Shown: in pieces, positions 19,137 through 29,113 of the stretch | Layout: each line of letters opens with the position of its first letter | How positions within the stretch are numbered: the first letter of the stretch is position 1 | Origin: Enterobacteria phage CHB7 | DNA: 64,000 bases | Sequence record: MK562504.1 | Reading direction: 5' to 3' (one strand) | Translations under genes and position numbers: made by a program | The notes under the pieces: generated by a model | Databases searched by the model: none | Seen by the model: the letters and a program-made list of their open reading frames with translations, nothing else | What the model was told of the DNA's origin: nothing

Positions 19137-19988
19137 TTAATCTTCAGTATCGAAATCTTCTTCGTCGTCGTCATCTGGGTCTGGCATATCATCGTCGTCA
19201 TCGTCAGAGTTAGTATCTTCAGAATCCTTCGCATCTTCTTCGGTGATTTCACCGTTATCTTCAACGCCATCCAGACCAAGCAGAGCCAGTTCATCTTCAT
19301 CCAGTTCAGGCTCACCGTTACCACCTGTACCACCAGTGTACGGAACCAGAGTATCAATGATAAACTGTTCCTGAATCGGCTTCGTCAGAACGTTGCTTTC
19401 AAAAGTGTAGAAGTGAGTTGCAAGAATCACACTACCAAATGAACCGTTGCCGACTGCGATATCTGGGTGAATAACATCATAAGTTTTGTCGTCATCGTGT
19501 TTGTCAGAATGTTGAGCCTTGATTTTCTTCATCGGCTGTTTAACTGCAACACGCTTACCGTTAACTTCTTCAATCAGCATAACAGGGAATGACTGTTTCG
19601 CTGTCCAGACTGCACCATCTTTATAAGCAGCAGCACGACTTACTTTCAGAATGTGATAAGTGTCTGCTTCAAATGGTGGTTTGCAACCGAACTTCTCTTC
19701 AAAGTCATCTGCATCAACAGCTTCAGTTGTAACCTTATCCCAACCATCAGGATTCTTTTTAGACTTGGTGAACTCTTTGAAGAGTTTGTTACCATCTTTT
19801 GCCAGAATTGAAACGCTGTAGTTACAATCTTTGCCTGGGAATTTCTTATCAACTGATTTACCTTTTCCCGGACGTGGAATAGTATTCAGGTAGTAGAACC
19901 AAACATCTTTTAGCAAGTAACGCAGAGTCTGACGTTCAGTACCGTTGTATTTTTCTACCGGAGATTTCATTTTAACAACTTTAGACAT
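19137..19988 (-). CDS. acidic-tailed protein, possible ssDNA-binding protein
   Basis: Strongly acidic C-terminus (DDDDDDMPDPDDDDEEDFDTED) as in phage SSBs. Start moved to ATG at 19988 (MSKVVKM), which has an AAGAGGA ribosome-binding site. Confidence 0.35.
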   Translation of the reverse strand: MSKVVKMKSPVEKYNGTERQTLRYLLKDVWFYYLNTIPRPGKGKSVDKKFPGKDCNYSVSILAKDGNKLFKEFTKSKKNPDGWDKVTTEAVDADDFEEKFGCKPPFEADTYHILKVSRAAAYKDGAVWTAKQSFPVMLIEEVNGKRVAVKQPMKKIKAQHSDKHDDDKTYDVIHPDIAVGNGSFGSVILATHFYTFESNVLTKPIQEQFIIDTLVPYTGGTGGNGEPELDEDELALLGLDGVEDNGEITEEDAKDSEDTNSDDDDDDMPDPDDDDEEDFDTED

Positions 19989-20074
19989 TCTTAAATCCTC
20001 TTTCTCAAAATTATTTCTTTCAAACTTGAAGGAGTACAATCTTACAGACTTCATACTCCCTTGTCAAACACTTT

Positions 20075-20211
20075 TAAGCAGATTTTTTAGCTGCTTTACG
20101 TTCCGTCTTACCAGTGCGAACACGTTTTGCTTCATAGTATGCCGCAGATTTACCAGCAGTTGCTTTCAGTGAATCGCCAAATACTTTTTCAAACGCTTTA
20201 GAATGTTTCAT
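20075..20211 (-). CDS. small basic protein (44 aa, not in ORF track)
   Basis: Hand translation MKHSKAFEKVFGDSLKATAGKSAAYYEAKRVRTGKTERKAAKKSA; its ATG overlaps the upstream stop (ATGA). Confidence 0.25.
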
Positions 20212-20486
20212 ACAACTCTCCGATAAATTTCATATTCAAATGTTTTGTCAGTCAACTTAAACATGTATCCAGTATCATTGTCAACAGCAACTAAGACTCC
20301 ATCAAGACCGGTCTCAATCTCTCTGTATTCTAACTCAACTGTATGTCCTTCGTTGATGAGTACTTTACAGAAATCGTCTATACGAGTCAAGCACTCTTTT
20401 TTAAATTTTACTGAATTTGTTTCTTCATAGAAGGGCGTAAAGCCCTCCTTAAGATACCTATCAGTCAGTTTCAAACGGGCAGTCAT
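20208..20486 (-). CDS. hypothetical protein (92 aa)
   Basis: Intact ORF directly downstream of the primase-helicase. Confidence 0.4.
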   Translation of the reverse strand: MTARLKLTDRYLKEGFTPFYEETNSVKFKKECLTRIDDFCKVLINEGHTVELEYREIETGLDGVLVAVDNDTGYMFKLTDKTFEYEIYRRVV

Positions 20487-22458
20487 CGTCTTCTCCGTCT
20501 TCGTTTAATACTGGTGGAATAGTAGAACTCTGACGTTGCTCTTGAGTATAAATCTCTCCAGTCTCACGGTCAAAGACTTCATCATCATAATGCGGCATAG
20601 AATCATCATAGTGGTCATCGGCTTCACCAATACCAAACTGCTGACGAATGTTCTCTGCTGCACCATCAATATCAACACCACTACCAGCAGCCTTGATAAG
20701 ACGGCCTGTATCTGGATTATACCAAGTGTGACCAGCAATACCAGTTGACTTACCATGACGACGACATTTAGTTAACTTGATTTTGGTCAAGTTTTTCTTA
20801 ACAGGGTCTGGGTCAACCTTGTTACGCATTAACAGAATGTTGTTCATGGAAATCTGGAAGTATGCACCAGAACCCTTGATATCCTCTTCAGAAATATCAC
20901 CACCTTCGGAGTTAGCTTTCTGACCACCTGCACTCTTACGAACGTGACAGACATTTACCTGTGCATATTGGTAACGCTTGCAACGACGCAATAGTTCAGA
21001 CAAGACCTCTTCTTCATCCGTATCAGAACGTGACAGAGCCAGTGTGATAGGGTCAAGAATAATAATCTTACAGTCTAAGCTGTTAACCAGATAGTCAACA
21101 AACTCCAACAGGTTATCTTGGTCGATTGCCCCTTGGTGGTCAACGATATGGATACGACGACCAGCAGACAACTCAGCATGTGCAACCTTGATTTCATCCC
21201 AATTACGTTCATCGTAAGGAATCTCTGAAATCTGCTTGCTAAGGTGAATTGCACAGAGCATCTCCATTAACTCTTCGTAAGTATCTTCTACAGGAATCAC
21301 ACCGATATTATAATCAGTTTCCTTCCAAGCAGTATAAATCATTTCACGAGTGTAAGCTGATTTACCTACTGAAGATGGTGCTGCAAGAGTTGTAATCTCA
21401 CCTAAACCATAACCGCCATAAGTCAGCCTGTTCAAATCTCCGAAAGATTCTGGGAATGGAATCAGTGGAATCTGACCACGATTCTTCATTGCCTCAAAAC
21501 CGTCTGCAAAGTTCTTGATACCAGCAGGGCAGTAACGAGGTGCATTATAGATACGCTGTTTAAATCCTTCCAGTACTGTATCTTTCTCTTTATAAAACTT
21601 AGTCCACCATTCGTTAAGGTCTTTAACACCTTCTGGATACTGGAACAAACGAACCTTCTCAATCGGAAGGATGCCAGCAGCCTCTTTAGTGGCTTTTGCA
21701 CCTGCTTCGTCGTTATCAAAGCACAGGTAAATCTCATCAAACGATGTGATGTACTGATAGTTATCTTTGATAGACTTAATGTTTGCACCTGATGGAACAG
21801 ATACGTGACAGTAATTCTTACGACGAGACTTATCTTTAATTGCCAGAGAAGTCATGTAGATTGCTGTAGCACATTCCATCTCACCTTCCCAGATGAATAG
21901 ACGGTTACCACCTTCTGGAGCAATCCATGAACCGAACATTGCCAGTTCACCTTTGATATCGCCTACACCACCGGAGAAGTCTTTCAACTTACCACGAAGA
22001 TACTCTTTCGGATGGTCTTCTGGGTAACGGTGACGAACACGGTAACCTACATGCTCAAGCTTTCCATTTTCATCTTTCTTGTAAGTCGGGTAAAAGTGTG
22101 CATCAATCTCACCTTCACCATCTACATCAACCTTGATACCAAGACGGTCAAGAACCTTTGCAGGAATCTTACGGTCTTTCAAATCCATTGCTTCAAGGTT
22201 GTCTTTTACATCATCTAAATCCATACCACGGAAGGTACGATTTTTGTTATCTGAACCTGTAGAATAAGTACTCACAATTTGCCCTTTATCAAAATCCCAC
22301 TCTGGAAAACCTTTGTTGCAACTAAAGCAAGTCATCGAATAAGAATCATCGTCGTGATGATAAATTGAACCAGCATCTGATGAACCACACTTAGGGCAAG
22401 CACAATGACCAACAAACTGACCAGCTTCCTTCAATTTACGACCTTTAGACATTAGCAC
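20461..22458 (-). CDS. DNA primase-helicase (T7 gp4-like)
   Basis: N-terminal zinc-binding cysteines (CACPKCGS...CFSCNKG) and a C-terminal DnaB-family Walker A (LAAPSSVGKSAYT). Confidence 0.8.
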   Translation of the reverse strand: MLMSKGRKLKEAGQFVGHCACPKCGSSDAGSIYHHDDDSYSMTCFSCNKGFPEWDFDKGQIVSTYSTGSDNKNRTFRGMDLDDVKDNLEAMDLKDRKIPAKVLDRLGIKVDVDGEGEIDAHFYPTYKKDENGKLEHVGYRVRHRYPEDHPKEYLRGKLKDFSGGVGDIKGELAMFGSWIAPEGGNRLFIWEGEMECATAIYMTSLAIKDKSRRKNYCHVSVPSGANIKSIKDNYQYITSFDEIYLCFDNDEAGAKATKEAAGILPIEKVRLFQYPEGVKDLNEWWTKFYKEKDTVLEGFKQRIYNAPRYCPAGIKNFADGFEAMKNRGQIPLIPFPESFGDLNRLTYGGYGLGEITTLAAPSSVGKSAYTREMIYTAWKETDYNIGVIPVEDTYEELMEMLCAIHLSKQISEIPYDERNWDEIKVAHAELSAGRRIHIVDHQGAIDQDNLLEFVDYLVNSLDCKIIILDPITLALSRSDTDEEEVLSELLRRCKRYQYAQVNVCHVRKSAGGQKANSEGGDISEEDIKGSGAYFQISMNNILLMRNKVDPDPVKKNLTKIKLTKCRRHGKSTGIAGHTWYNPDTGRLIKAAGSGVDIDGAAENIRQQFGIGEADDHYDDSMPHYDDEVFDRETGEIYTQEQRQSSTIPPVLNEDGEDDDCPFETD

Positions 22459-22642
22459 CTCTGCGTTGTAGTTCTGCTTTCAAACCATTTTCAATCTTGT
22501 CTAGCTCGTGAATCTCTTCTGCAATCTCTTTCCGTCTTGAAGCAACCCTTTCAAGTCGCTCCATCATAACTTCTTTGGAAAGAGATGAGAGTTCCACCGA
22601 ACGATGGTCAACAACTTCTAAATTATTTACTCTCATCTTCAT
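22445..22642 (-). CDS. hypothetical protein (65 aa)
   Basis: Small ORF, charged and helical. Confidence 0.3.
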   Translation of the reverse strand: MKMRVNNLEVVDHRSVELSSLSKEVMMERLERVASRRKEIAEEIHELDKIENGLKAELQRRGANV

Positions 22643-22647
22643 CTCTC

Positions 22648-23391
22648 TTATTTAATGATAATAGCTTTCAACTTATTTTCGAGGTCTTCAAGACTACCAT
22701 TGTTTTGAATAATGTCACGTTCAAATTTGGTAGAAATTCCATTTTCTGATTTATGTGATGAAACCTTAACCAGATTGTCTCTTTTTACCTCAATAATTTG
22801 ACTATCAAAAGACTTTAAGAACTCTGCTTCGTGGTCAAACCGTAGGTCACTAATCAGTGCAATGCCATACTGGTTAGCTTTTGAGCATGATTCAAAGAAC
22901 CTTTCCATCCTTTCTGCAAGGTCACGAATCCAGAACTTCTCACCAAGAACCTTCCTGACAACTTCAGTTCCCCAGATTTGTTGAATCTGACGTGAAGAGA
23001 ACTTATAAGTTTTGCTAAGTCCCATTCTGGTTAGCAGAGTTGGTTTAGCAACCTTCTTCAGTTCCATGATTAATCGTCCAGTTAACTCACCACATAGCTT
23101 AACGTCAAGGTGTAAGTTTTTATGTGGGAATACCTGTTCGAGTGACCATTGAACTGCAAAGTACAGGTCAGAGAATCTTAAGTTGAACTTTTGAGGTGTC
23201 TCTTTAGTTTCACCATACAAATCATTCCAGTCAAGGCCAAAGATGTATGCAGCAGATTCTTTTAAACTATCTGCAAAAGCAAAGATGTGAACGTTGTAAC
23301 CTTCTTCATCTTGAAGGAAGTTCTTTGTCAACATACAGGAAGTGTCCTTACCGGAACGAGCCTTTCCAGTGAATGCAATAATACTTTTCAT
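22648..23391 (-). CDS. deoxynucleoside monophosphate kinase
   Basis: N-terminal P-loop (IAFTGKARSGKDT) resembles T4 gp1 dNMP kinase. Confidence 0.65.
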   Translation of the reverse strand: MKSIIAFTGKARSGKDTSCMLTKNFLQDEEGYNVHIFAFADSLKESAAYIFGLDWNDLYGETKETPQKFNLRFSDLYFAVQWSLEQVFPHKNLHLDVKLCGELTGRLIMELKKVAKPTLLTRMGLSKTYKFSSRQIQQIWGTEVVRKVLGEKFWIRDLAERMERFFESCSKANQYGIALISDLRFDHEAEFLKSFDSQIIEVKRDNLVKVSSHKSENGISTKFERDIIQNNGSLEDLENKLKAIIIK

Positions 23392-23451
23392 ATACCATTA
23401 TCTCCATACGAAAAAGCCCCCAATTAAGGAGGCTTTGGGAAAACAATTCTA

Positions 23452-24255
23452 TTAGTGAATCTGCGTAGAATCAATTTTTTCTTTATCAGACAGAGCCTGA
23501 ATAGTTTCTACAAACTCATCACCGAAGTGGATAGCAATCTTGTCTTGAAGAACTGCTGCACCAGTTTGCATAATTACTTCACGCAGTGCTTCACCACTCA
23601 CGTTACCAGCAATCTGCTCTACAAACTCAATAGGTGCATCAATCAAACCTGCAACTTCGAACAGAGCGTGAATGCTCATCACCGTGATGATTGAAGGAAC
23701 CAGAGCAGTCAGTTTAACCTGAATCTCATCAAGGCCACGTTCAGCTTCATTATCAACAACCTCTTGAAGTTGCTCTTTAGTCAGCTTCACCATTTCCTGT
23801 GAGCGTTCAAAGATATCTGCAAAACCCCAATCCAGTTTTTCATAGCGTGGGAGTTTTTCTGTAACACGCTTCTCAAGTACAGCCATCACGCTTGCGATGG
23901 AGTTGATAATCAGGTTGAATGTATCCTCTTCATTGAAATCAAGCAGTGCTTCTTTCTCTTCTTCAGAGAGAACTTTGTAGTCACCAGTTTGCATCTTGTC
24001 AAAGACATAACCAACAAAGGCATCTACACCAACAGCTACTGAAGCCAGAGCCAGTTGACGGTTATTCAGAAGCAGTTCAACCTGTGAGCGAAATGCTGAC
24101 TCATCAGAAATCTCTGCATTAACCTGATAAGATTCAGGAGTTACTTGTGAACTGAATGTATTGCTACGCATAACTATAGCAAGGCTTTCAACAGTGTTCA
24201 GCATAAAGTTGCTATCAATACCTTTAGAGGCCAGCATTTCATTTACAGTAGTCAT
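23452..24255 (-). CDS. hypothetical protein (267 aa)
   Basis: First gene downstream of the divergent promoter region. Confidence 0.45.
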   Translation of the reverse strand: MTTVNEMLASKGIDSNFMLNTVESLAIVMRSNTFSSQVTPESYQVNAEISDESAFRSQVELLLNNRQLALASVAVGVDAFVGYVFDKMQTGDYKVLSEEEKEALLDFNEEDTFNLIINSIASVMAVLEKRVTEKLPRYEKLDWGFADIFERSQEMVKLTKEQLQEVVDNEAERGLDEIQVKLTALVPSIITVMSIHALFEVAGLIDAPIEFVEQIAGNVSGEALREVIMQTGAAVLQDKIAIHFGDEFVETIQALSDKEKIDSTQIH

Positions 24256-24256
24256 A

Positions 24257-24679
24257 TTAATTCTCTCTCATTTTGTTAAGTGTTTGTCGTGATAACTTTA
24301 AGCTTTCTGTAGATGAAAAGTCAAGAACTTTTTCAGACCTTGGGAAGTAATGCCTATCCCATGAACTCTCTACATCGCTAATCAGTGTTGCTAGGTTATC
24401 TAAGTCTGTTCCGTTTTGCAACTTCTTTTTTAAAGAATCTATCAAGAAGAGTGTATCTTTTGCTTTACGCCTCTCAGCCGATATCTCCTTCATATGCTCA
24501 AATACTGAACATTTCATTCTCTCATCGTAACCCTCGGAGAGTTCAATCTCATGTTGAACATCAACCATTCGACGATGATGGTAAGCGTATTCCTTTTGAG
24601 CAGCAATGTCAAGTCCTTCCAACTTTTTTAAAGCTCTCATGAAGTCAGCTATGTCTGGGTGAACAAACATTCTCTGCAT
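24257..24679 (-). CDS. hypothetical protein (140 aa)
   Basis: Intact ORF starting at the edge of the divergent intergenic region. Confidence 0.45.
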   Translation of the reverse strand: MQRMFVHPDIADFMRALKKLEGLDIAAQKEYAYHHRRMVDVQHEIELSEGYDERMKCSVFEHMKEISAERRKAKDTLFLIDSLKKKLQNGTDLDNLATLISDVESSWDRHYFPRSEKVLDFSSTESLKLSRQTLNKMREN

Positions 24680-24937
24680 AATGCCCTCTTTTAAGTATCT
24701 ATTAAACTTAATCTGTTTTCTTTACGTATTCTATACGTATAACTTTAAAGCTTCTTAAAAGCTATTAAAAATCTTTTAAGGGGTTTTAAAGAAACTGTAT
24801 AGTTAATCTGTAAAGGGAGTCTTTTAAGTTAAAACCCACTTCGCAAAGATTAACACCTTGTCAAGTGAATTGTCAACTTGCTTTTTGAAACTTTTTGCAG
24901 TAATGTATTGAGTCAATGATTTTGAGAGGGAGTAAAA
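24680..24937. promoter_or_regulatory. divergent promoter/operator region
   Basis: 258-bp AT-rich gap between divergently oriented genes; duplicated TTGTCAA elements, inverted CTTAAAAG/CTTTTAAG motifs, duplicated ACGTAT, and GAGGGAG ribosome-binding site before the polymerase ATG. Confidence 0.5.
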
Positions 24938-27637
24938 ATGGAAAACGTAGATTTTGAAAACTTGCACTTGGTAGGTGATACCGAAACTGATGGGTTACTC
25001 CTTGAGTTCACAAAAGCACACGTAATGGCATTTGCAGATTACAAAGATGACAGTGACGAACCTGCTGTGTGGGTCTTCACCGATGAACCTATTCTTGGTC
25101 ACAAGTGTACCAAATACATCAAAGGTGGTCTTCGTGAAGGTGTAGAGTTTGCTCTTAAGGCAAAGCGTCTCTGCATTCATAACGGTCTGGGTTATGACTG
25201 GTGGGTGTTCAATCACATTGCGCCGGACTTATGGAACTTTGACAATCCGAAGTGCAAACCTTGGGGAGACTTCTTTCAGGATTCTCTTATCCAGTCTCGT
25301 GTTCAGTGGATGGATAGACCTACACCGAAAGGTTACAAAGGTGCTCATGGTTTGGCTGCATGGGGTGCTCGTGTTGGTGTTCGTAAACCAGAGATTGAAG
25401 AGTGGGGCGTTTGGAATGCTGACATTCTGAACCGTGTTGTTGAGGATATTCGAATCAACGCCAAAACTAAACGTGCTCTTGATAACGAATACCTGAAGTT
25501 GAAGAAGTGTGGTGTAGACACTTACGAAACATACATGCGAGCTAAAGAAACATCTTTTTGGATGAGTCAGCAAGCTATCAACGGTTGGAAAGCTGATATT
25601 GAACTTATGCAGTTCCATGTCAAAGAACTTGACAGAATGACTGATGAATTAGCTGCTGAAGTTGAGCCTCATCTACCACCGACTATTAAGACGAAAGGCA
25701 AAGTCACTGGCGAAGAGTTTGCAAAAGCTTGGAACGAGTATGTGGAGACATTTGGTGAAGCAGATGGTTTGAAGCGTATCACTAAGTATCCAAAAACCAA
25801 GTTCCGTCAGCAGGTTCGTAATGGTGAGATGCAGACTTACGCTATCAAACCTTTTGGTAAACCGACTACCAAGATTTTCAACATTGAGAAGCGTAACTGC
25901 TACACTCCAACTAACACGGTTACGGGAGAAGAGTACAAAGAAGGTTTTGTGGCAATGAAAGATGCTCGTGCAGTTTGTAACGAGTTGAATGCTGTGATTG
26001 ATAAGAAGTGTAAAGACTGGAAACCAGTTAAAACTGTGAAGACTGTGAAGTACTACAACAATCACGTAGTAAATCACTTTGAACTTGAGTCAAGCCGTTA
26101 CACAGGTTTGATTGATGCGCCTTATACACCAATTGAGTTTGAAGTTTCACGCATGACTCAGGTTGCGGTTGTGAAGGATTATCTGAAAACTCTTGGCTGG
26201 ATTCCTGATGACTGGAACTACAAGAAAGATTCTGATGGTCGTCCGGTGAAGGTTTGTCGCTTCAAAGACAACAAGAAGATGATTCGTAAACATCCGAAAT
26301 GGCAAGAGATGGTAGACCGTTGTGGGTTGAACTATGTTGAACATGAAGGTGTACAGTACATCGAACACAACTGGTCTGTGAAGAAGTACACAGATTTGCT
26401 TGAGCCTTGCTTGATTCGTACTTCACCGAAACTGACTGAATCATCTTACGATACGATTGAAGGGGAACTTGGACAGAAGATTGCGAAGTACTATACTTTG
26501 ATGCACCGACGCAGAACTATCGAAAACTCAAAGGATGACGAAAAGGGTTGGTTAAACCAGATTCGTCCAGATGGTCGTTTGAGTGCTGGTGCAATGGTGT
26601 TTGGTACTTCAACTGGACGTATGACACAATATGGAATTGTGAACGTACCTTCTGGAGCTGCTGTTTACGGTGAACCGATGAGGGCAGTCTGGATTTGTGA
26701 AGAAGGAACAAACGTAGTTTCCGTTGATATGAACTCTGCACAGCTTGTTCTACTGTGTAACTTTATGGGTGATAAGGAGTTCACCAAAGCGGTAACTCAG
26801 GGTAAAGAAGAGATTGAGTTTATCCGTCAGGAAGACGGTAGATACTACTGTAAACACTTTGACGAATACCTGAATCCAGAAGTTGATAAGTATCTGCGTT
26901 ACGACTCTGAAAATGACTTGTACGTAGTCTACTCAGGTACTGATGCTCATACACTGAACAGTATCTACTTCAGCTTGAACGAAGAACAAGATATCTTGAC
27001 TTGTCGTATGACTCAGGATGAAAATCTTCTTCACGAAATCAGTAAGGGTCGTAAGAAAGCTAAGAATGGTATCTATGCGTTACTGTTCGGTGCTGGTGAT
27101 GAGAAGTTTGCTAAGACGATTAAAGCTGCGACTACTCAGGAAGGTGCATTAACTAAACAGACTTACTTTGTGCGTTTGCCGAAGATTAAGAAACTGTTAG
27201 ATGACTTGGAAGCTGACTTTAAAGCAACTAAGAAAGCACTCGAAGAAGTATTTGGTAAGACTGCTGCAATTGCTAAAGGTGGTTTTGTCAAGGTTGCTGG
27301 AGCATGGTTGTGGTGTAAGTCTCCACACAAACTGTTGAACTACTTGCTGATGGGTTCAGAGGCACAAGTTCAGAATGAAGCAATCAACCTTGCATGTCGT
27401 CGTATGATTGATGAAGGTTTGATGAAGTTGAACGGTCGTAAGCCAGCTATCGGTGCTCGTTTACTCTGTGCATATCACGATGAAACAAGTTGGGAATGTC
27501 CAGAGAGCATGACAGCAGAAGTTAAGGCTGTGACTGACTGGTACTACGGTCAAGCTTCTAAGAACTTAGGGCTTCGTAAAGAAACTCTGGTAACAGGGAC
27601 TGGTAAAGTTGGTAAGTCTTGGTATGAGGTGCATTGA
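24938..27637 (+). CDS. DNA polymerase, family A
   Basis: 899 aa; N-terminal exonuclease motif (DTETDG), motif B-like RKKAKNGIYALLFG and motif C-like YHDE. Confidence 0.85.
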   Translation: MENVDFENLHLVGDTETDGLLLEFTKAHVMAFADYKDDSDEPAVWVFTDEPILGHKCTKYIKGGLREGVEFALKAKRLCIHNGLGYDWWVFNHIAPDLWNFDNPKCKPWGDFFQDSLIQSRVQWMDRPTPKGYKGAHGLAAWGARVGVRKPEIEEWGVWNADILNRVVEDIRINAKTKRALDNEYLKLKKCGVDTYETYMRAKETSFWMSQQAINGWKADIELMQFHVKELDRMTDELAAEVEPHLPPTIKTKGKVTGEEFAKAWNEYVETFGEADGLKRITKYPKTKFRQQVRNGEMQTYAIKPFGKPTTKIFNIEKRNCYTPTNTVTGEEYKEGFVAMKDARAVCNELNAVIDKKCKDWKPVKTVKTVKYYNNHVVNHFELESSRYTGLIDAPYTPIEFEVSRMTQVAVVKDYLKTLGWIPDDWNYKKDSDGRPVKVCRFKDNKKMIRKHPKWQEMVDRCGLNYVEHEGVQYIEHNWSVKKYTDLLEPCLIRTSPKLTESSYDTIEGELGQKIAKYYTLMHRRRTIENSKDDEKGWLNQIRPDGRLSAGAMVFGTSTGRMTQYGIVNVPSGAAVYGEPMRAVWICEEGTNVVSVDMNSAQLVLLCNFMGDKEFTKAVTQGKEEIEFIRQEDGRYYCKHFDEYLNPEVDKYLRYDSENDLYVVYSGTDAHTLNSIYFSLNEEQDILTCRMTQDENLLHEISKGRKKAKNGIYALLFGAGDEKFAKTIKAATTQEGALTKQTYFVRLPKIKKLLDDLEADFKATKKALEEVFGKTAAIAKGGFVKVAGAWLWCKSPHKLLNYLLMGSEAQVQNEAINLACRRMIDEGLMKLNGRKPAIGARLLCAYHDETSWECPESMTAEVKAVTDWYYGQASKNLGLRKETLVTGTGKVGKSWYEVH

Positions 27638-28149
27638 TGCAAGATTGTGGTTTTACTCATGAGCAATTAAAATCATGGATTCACTACGACCCCTTAACAG
27701 GGGTCTTAACTTGGATTGGTAGACCTCCTAACAGTGGTCGGGTGGTTATAGGCAGTCAAGCTGGGTCAATCAAAAGGACAAAATCTGGTGTGTATCTTCA
27801 TACACAGATACTAGGTTACAGGACAGGGAATCACCGTATTGCTTGGTTCTGGATGACTGGAAAATGGCCTGATAAACATATTGACCATAAGGATGGAGAT
27901 GGTCTAAACAATGCTTGGGAGAATCTTAGAGAAGCCACGAAAGAGCAGAACATGGCTAACAGGAGACAACCTAGAACATCAAAGAGTTTAAAAGGCACAA
28001 GTAGAAGCAAATCTGGAAAGTGGATTGCACAGATTAACCATAATGGAAAGACTAACCATATTGGCACATACATGACCGAGCAAGAAGCCCACGAAGCTTA
28101 CTGTGAAGCTGCTATAAAACTCCACGGAGATTTTGCAAAACTTAGTTGA
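27634..28149 (+). CDS. HNH homing endonuclease with AP2-type domain
   Basis: YDPLTGVLTW signature, HNH core (IDHKDGDGLNNAWENLR), AP2-like segment; overlaps the polymerase stop by 4 nt. Confidence 0.7.
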   Translation: MMQDCGFTHEQLKSWIHYDPLTGVLTWIGRPPNSGRVVIGSQAGSIKRTKSGVYLHTQILGYRTGNHRIAWFWMTGKWPDKHIDHKDGDGLNNAWENLREATKEQNMANRRQPRTSKSLKGTSRSKSGKWIAQINHNGKTNHIGTYMTEQEAHEAYCEAAIKLHGDFAKLS

Positions 28150-28201
28150 CAAGGTGCTCATGGAAGAGTACCTTATACTATATATTGTATAGGAGACTTG
28201 T

Positions 28202-28402
28202 ATGACTATTTCAGAAATTGAAGTTCAACTGCAATGTGCTGGATATTCTCAAAGTGAGATTGAGGCTATGTGCATCATCATTTGCAGTAGCCATAAGCAC
28301 CTCAAGCTTTCTAATGAAAATCTTTTCAAGGTTGATATTTTTATCGCTGGGGGCAAGATTATCAAGGATAAGACAGGCTACCTTAAAGGTGAACGTCTAT
28401 GA
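28202..28402 (+). CDS. hypothetical protein (66 aa)
   Basis: Small ORF at the head of a chain of overlapping plus-strand genes. Confidence 0.3.
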   Translation: MTISEIEVQLQCAGYSQSEIEAMCIIICSSHKHLKLSNENLFKVDIFIAGGKIIKDKTGYLKGERL

Positions 28403-28608
28403 GCCATCGTGGAAGAACTCATCTTGCCATGATGCAAGGGGCTTCAAAAGAGACTATCAAGAATCGGAAGAAAACTCTTTTTGACAGAATGAATAGACTC
28501 ATTGATAATGCAAGTCTACCTAACTCTGAAAAGGTTTTCTTGAAAGGGAATCTGAAGAGTATTGCACAGGAACTTATTGATATTGAACTTTGGAGACACC
28601 AAAAATGA
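28399..28608 (+). CDS. hypothetical protein (69 aa)
   Basis: Small basic ORF overlapping its neighbours. Confidence 0.35.
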   Translation: MSHRGRTHLAMMQGASKETIKNRKKTLFDRMNRLIDNASLPNSEKVFLKGNLKSIAQELIDIELWRHQK

Positions 28609-28856
28609 GCAATAAAGAGCAAGAAGCTTTAGCAATCTTCAAGAGCGAAGACAAATCAATAGCTTTTGTCTCAGAGGCTTGGTGCAGAGATTTGGGGTAT
28701 GATTGGTATCTCTTCTTATGCGCTAAGAAAGATGTTAAGCCAGTTGATGAAACCCGATTCAAAGAACTGTATAATGTCTGCCAAGAGGGTTATGAAGAAC
28801 ATTACAAAGGTTCTTTGAATCCTGTAAATTCAAAAGCTTCAGATTTATTTTATTGA
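28605..28856 (+). CDS. hypothetical protein
   Basis: ATG at 28605 overlaps the upstream stop (ATGA); the track shows a TTG-initiated extension from 28590. Confidence 0.4.
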   Translation: MSNKEQEALAIFKSEDKSIAFVSEAWCRDLGYDWYLFLCAKKDVKPVDETRFKELYNVCQEGYEEHYKGSLNPVNSKASDLFY

Positions 28857-28866
28857 GAGGTTTAAA

Positions 28867-29112
28867 ATGTTAAAATTATTGATACCAGCTTTAGCAGTCC
28901 TACTGGTTGGGTGTAACCCTTCTTATGAGAATAAGGATGCTTCTTACAGACTTCCTCCAGAAATGCAAGACTGCAAGATTTATAAGCTTAATGGTGATGC
29001 CATTAGCAGGGATGTTATTGTAGTTCGCTGCCCAAATTCTCAGACGACAACTTCTTACAAGTATGGGAAGAATAGTCAGTCACACGCCACAGTTTTTGAT
29101 GAGGGATATTGA
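28867..29112 (+). CDS. lipoprotein
   Basis: Signal peptide with lipobox (MLKLLIPALAVLLVG-C) followed by an 80-aa mature region with several cysteines. Confidence 0.55.
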   Translation: MLKLLIPALAVLLVGCNPSYENKDASYRLPPEMQDCKIYKLNGDAISRDVIVVRCPNSQTTTSYKYGKNSQSHATVFDEGY

Positions 29113-29113
29113 T

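Noticed and set aside
19989-20054. N-terminal 22-codon extension of the acidic SSB-like gene
   Set aside because: The upstream ATG has its Shine-Dalgarno-like sequence only 1-2 nt away, whereas the internal ATG at 19988 has a well-spaced AAGAGGA site.
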